A DNA stretch of 64,000 nt from Psammoneis japonica. Taxonomy: Eukaryota. Positions 60,407 through 64,000 of the stretch are shown here, piece by piece. The notes below the pieces were generated by a model that saw nothing but the letters and a program-made list of their open reading frames with translations, made no database searches and was not told the DNA's origin. Within the stretch, counting starts at the first letter, position 1; each line of letters opens with the position of its first letter. The translations under genes and the position numbers were made by a program. The stretch is taken from positions 186,001-250,000 of the forward strand of contig QPGO01000009.1 in assembly GCA_008632985.1 (NCBI GenBank), in the 5' to 3' direction.

Positions 60407-61386
60407 TGTATTTGACAGCACCGCAAGTCAAGCTCCCAAAGCAATTAGTAGCAGCGTTTTGGCTCTTCCCTGTCTCACTGCCTTATCAATGGTGATGTGT
60501 TGAAGATTTTCTACCGCCAAAAGGCATTCACGTATTAGAGAACGTACCAACCTCGACGTGAAACTCCCCTGACGGACAATGACCGGACCCCGGCAAGAGG
60601 TCGACGCGCGACAGACGTGATAAATCATAAATCAAGAGCTTACATATCCCTTCCACCTTACCCTCTCTTCGTTTCGCCAACTATTTCGACTTTATCTTCT
60701 CCTCCATGCTTGCGTATCAAAGCCACTCAATGAGAACAGTCTCGATTATCAAAGACAACAGAAGGACCATTTTCAAATTCGCAAACCAAAGCGCCGTCAA
60801 TTCTCGGGTTGTAAATGGGTGTGATTCTTGTTTTCCGCCCTACAAACTTCGAATATCCTTTTTCCACATTGCCAACAAAGCAAGACTCGACATTGACACT
60901 GGAAGCACACACCACTCCAGGCATACCTTTTACTCTTTGGGAGAACAGCGGTATTCCAAGCTTCTCCAGCAAGAAGTCTTTCCCGAGTAGACGGATCCAT
61001 CCCCAACCGTCCAGTTGGAGGTATGGCCTGACTCCATTCTCAAAAAGGAGAGTACAGTACAAAGAATTCTGTGACCTACGTTTCTGTTTGCTCATCCCAT
61101 CAAGTCAAGCTCGTCTCCAGTCCCATCGAAACACCGTGAGGATCGTTGTCACCGACGTGTCTCCCTTGTTGGAGTTTTCCCGTTTCTAGGGAGGGAACGA
61201 GACCTTATTATTGATGAAGGATTCAATGGAGCTCACCATGCGTCCACGTCTTGCCTTGTTAGCTAGGAGTACGGTAGCTCACACCAAATTCTTGCAACAT
61301 TCCATTGTCGTTGGTACACTGCTTCATGAAGGTAACCTTGCACCCATCCTCCAAGCAGCAAACTCCCTTGTTCGGGCATTTGACCT

Positions 61387-62009
61387 TTAGGTCACTGCAC
61401 TGTATCCGGGTTTGGTGAGCTTTCCACCATCCAACTTACAGCTCTCTTGAGAAAGGAACTGGAATCCCCAAAACAAGGTGCAGTATGCGCCAGGGGAGAC
61501 TTTAAAGAGCGTTGGTGACGGAGTAGGTGTCATGGTAGGGTCTGGGGTAGGAGCCGGAGTCGGAGTCGGAGTCGTCGTAGGAGGTGAGGTCGGACAGTTA
61601 CCCTTTTTGCTCTCTCTCAGTGCTTGTTGTTCTCCTTGCCCTGCTTGCCACTCTTTCTGTAACAATCGTTTCAGCTCTTCATTGCTGTTATTGTTTTCTA
61701 ATCCTTCCCATACATCTACGGCAGCAACCTCGTACCGGCCCAATTCGTACTTTGCTATTGCTATTCGGTACAAGGCCTTCGGCCTTGTCGATTCAACTAA
61801 AGCCAAGTAAAGACATGTTCAAGTGCTTCGCTGTGGCGACCCAGCTCCATGTAGCAAGCGGAACGATTCGAGTAAAAGGTTTCGTTGGAAGGATCAATAT
61901 CCATAGCAAGCCAGTATTGTTTGATGGCCGTTTCATGTTCCTTTTGAGCAAATAACGCGTTGCCTTTCTTTCTCATTTTCAAAGCACGTTCGCGATCATT
62001 ATCTGACAT
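61387..62009 (-). CDS. TPR-repeat protein with a Pro-Thr linker (frameshifted; possibly a pseudogene extending toward about 60730)
   Basis: KKGNALF...AIKQY..A..IDPSN..FYSNRSACYMELG, then PKALYRIAIAKYELG in another frame; (TP)n tract. Confidence 0.7.
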
Positions 62010-62810
62010 TGTCGCTGATTCCTTTTCAATTCTTTCCTCCAGTTATCTCACGGCACGCTTCTGTTTCGTTTTCGGACGATGGGATCGTATTTTCTTCTTT
62101 TTGTTTTCTTTGGCGGCCGTCTTTTCTTTTGGCTTGTGTGTCGCCCTTTATTTCTCAATGTACGAAAAGTGAATGGCACTGCGTCCTTCGCCATCCTTGA
62201 ATTGCGACAGCTCATCAAAATTCGATACATCGGCGTGCTAACTTGAATAATCTAGAGAACGTATTTCTTGGCCTTGTCGCCATGCTCTTCCAGAGCCGCG
62301 TGAAGCAACATGGTCAGAAACGCTCTGCTCTAGAAGATGATTCATCGTGCTTGCATTTGAGCTTCAGATTTGTTCTTTCCGATTTCGTCATTTCTCCCAA
62401 TATGTTTGTGATTTCTCCAACACAGTGTTAGTTATGATTTGATCCAGATAACATACTCGAGTACATACCGGTAGTACATTTTGTGCCATCGCCAATCATC
62501 GCCAGGTTTTTTAGGTGTTACTGTAGTTGCGTTGCTTGTTGGCGCAGTAGCCGCTCGTAGAAATGTACCGAGAAAAAGGAGGAATCCGGAACCTGCACAC
62601 GAAATGCACATTGCAGTGAACTCATCACGCGCGCGTGCTACGTATGCTGTCAGGCAGTTTCGCGTTTCGCCGCCCGACGCCCGCGACCATGGCACAAATA
62701 ATAAAAAGAGACAGTTCAGGAGTTTTGAGAAGCGCGTCGTCGTTGTTGAGATTAAGACCATACTATATTTCGGGTGTATAAGGTTATGATATGTACGCCT
62801 TACTGTGATT

Positions 62811-64000
62811 ATGTTTTCAGATCAAATTGCTGAAATATCATTGAACGGTCCGTCGAAATGTTTGGATGCAATTCATGCCGATCGAATGACAAGCCGATTC
62901 GTGGCTGCAACTTGTACTACTTCTGAAACTGTCTTGCACGTGCTGCGCTTTCACTCGGATTTAAATGAACTCGGAAACGATGGAACTCTTGAATTGGAAC
63001 AGCCTGTGGATCATATCGTGACAGCTCCTAACGATGCCGGCTTGATTCTGACAAGCAGCTATGCGAGCGATACGGTGAGCCTGTTGCGGATACCTCGGCA
63101 TGTCGTAACAAACGAGAGTGATTTAGAGTACAAGCCGAGCGAAGGACAAGAAGACGAATCTACTTCAACTCGACCGAATCCTTCTCAAGACGACGAAGAA
63201 GAAGCGTCTCTGGAACAAGCAGCAACCTTTGTTCATGGAAACAACGAACGATTGGCGCATGTGGTTTGGCGTGGAGAAGACTATGATGCAGGTGAAATCT
63301 TTACTCTTACACACAAAGGAACCGTTTCTCAGTGGGATGTAGACCACGGTGGACGTCCTATGCGAGCCGAGTTGGTCTATAGTGATGATGATACAACACA
63401 ACGAGACATGGTAACAATCCCACCTCCACGTTTGGCTTGTGATCCTCATTTCGCTCAGTCCCTCTGCGTGACGGACAAGCATGATGTGAAAATTCTCGAT
63501 TGGAGAACCGATACATCCTTACCAACGGGGACGGTATCACAAATCAAGAATGCGCACGTTTTGGGTAGTGTCACGGACGTGGACTACAATCCCAACAAGC
63601 CGCACATTCTCGTCACTAGTGGACAAGACGGTTTACTCAAGTTTTGGGACTTGAGATACTCGGGAAGTAACTACAAGAGCAAACCCATTTTAGTGGGCCG
63701 TGGTGGACATTCTCATTGGGTATCATGTGTCAAGTTCAACCCTTTTCATGATCAATTGGTTCTTTCGGGAGGAACGGATGCCATTGTGAATTTGTGGCGA
63801 ATGTCCAGCATTTCGAGCGCACCATTGCTTCAGTTGCCTTCCACTGGATCCTTGTCGAGTGGGGACCATCATGCTGCTGCTGCAGATACTTCCAACAATG
63901 TTCGTGTATCCAAGTACGAGCACTCAGATTCGGTTTACAGCGTCACGTGGGGTGCAGCAGATGCTTGGATTTATGTTTCGGTTGCATATGATGGCAAGGT
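62811..64000 (+). CDS. EIPR1: WD40 protein, EIPR1/TSSC1-like (runs off the window end)
   Basis: Translation contains DVDYNPNKPHILVTSGQDG.LKFWDLR, HSHWVSCVKFNPFHDQLVLSGGTD..VNLW, EHSDSVYSVTW...DAWIYVSVAYDGK. Start codon uncertain. Confidence 0.85.
   Translation, partial: MFSDQIAEISLNGPSKCLDAIHADRMTSRFVAATCTTSETVLHVLRFHSDLNELGNDGTLELEQPVDHIVTAPNDAGLILTSSYASDTVSLLRIPRHVVTNESDLEYKPSEGQEDESTSTRPNPSQDDEEEASLEQAATFVHGNNERLAHVVWRGEDYDAGEIFTLTHKGTVSQWDVDHGGRPMRAELVYSDDDTTQRDMVTIPPPRLACDPHFAQSLCVTDKHDVKILDWRTDTSLPTGTVSQIKNAHVLGSVTDVDYNPNKPHILVTSGQDGLLKFWDLRYSGSNYKSKPILVGRGGHSHWVSCVKFNPFHDQLVLSGGTDAIVNLWRMSSISSAPLLQLPSTGSLSSGDHHAAAADTSNNVRVSKYEHSDSVYSVTWGAADAWIYVSVAYDGK

Noticed and set aside
62432..62761. 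109-aa minus-strand ORF with a hydrophobic N-terminus (likewise the ORFs at 41306-41800 and 43094-43625)
   Set aside because: No recognisable domain or splice support; cannot be distinguished from chance ORFs without expression data.
17286..64000. Endosomal trafficking gene cluster (two sorting nexins plus EIPR1)
   Set aside because: The genes are tens of kb apart and interspersed with unrelated genes; chance co-location is adequate.

Overview
Eukaryotic nuclear DNA, most likely from a diatom (LHC/FCP gene with an ASAFAP-type plastid-targeting motif, diatom-type Copia). The window opens in the 3' half of a 28S rRNA gene that carries a 102-nt spliceosomal-type intron beside the peptidyl-transferase centre. 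A nest of decayed transposons follows (Copia with a nested TIR element; a Ty3/gypsy with near-identical LTRs and a TSD), then about 19 host genes (two sorting nexins, organellar GlyRS, LHC, Est1/SMG-like, Spondin_N, TrmH/SpoU, Kir-like channel, TDP1, F-box, TPR, EIPR1-like WD40 and several hypotheticals) plus a perfect-TIR MITE. The main signal: roughly a third of the window forms sharply bounded, repeat-associated domains in which TpA is almost entirely converted to CpA/TpG, the reverse of fungal RIP, alongside ordinary CpG loss. Support comes from LTR-vs-LTR differences (3 of 3 at TpA), a tandem duplication, systematic Tyr->His/Cys changes in conserved TE motifs, survival of TpA mainly in TTA/TAA context, and apparent spreading into host spacer DNA. 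Many host genes show single frameshifts at homopolymers, probably assembly errors. Counts were made by eye and no database searches were run.
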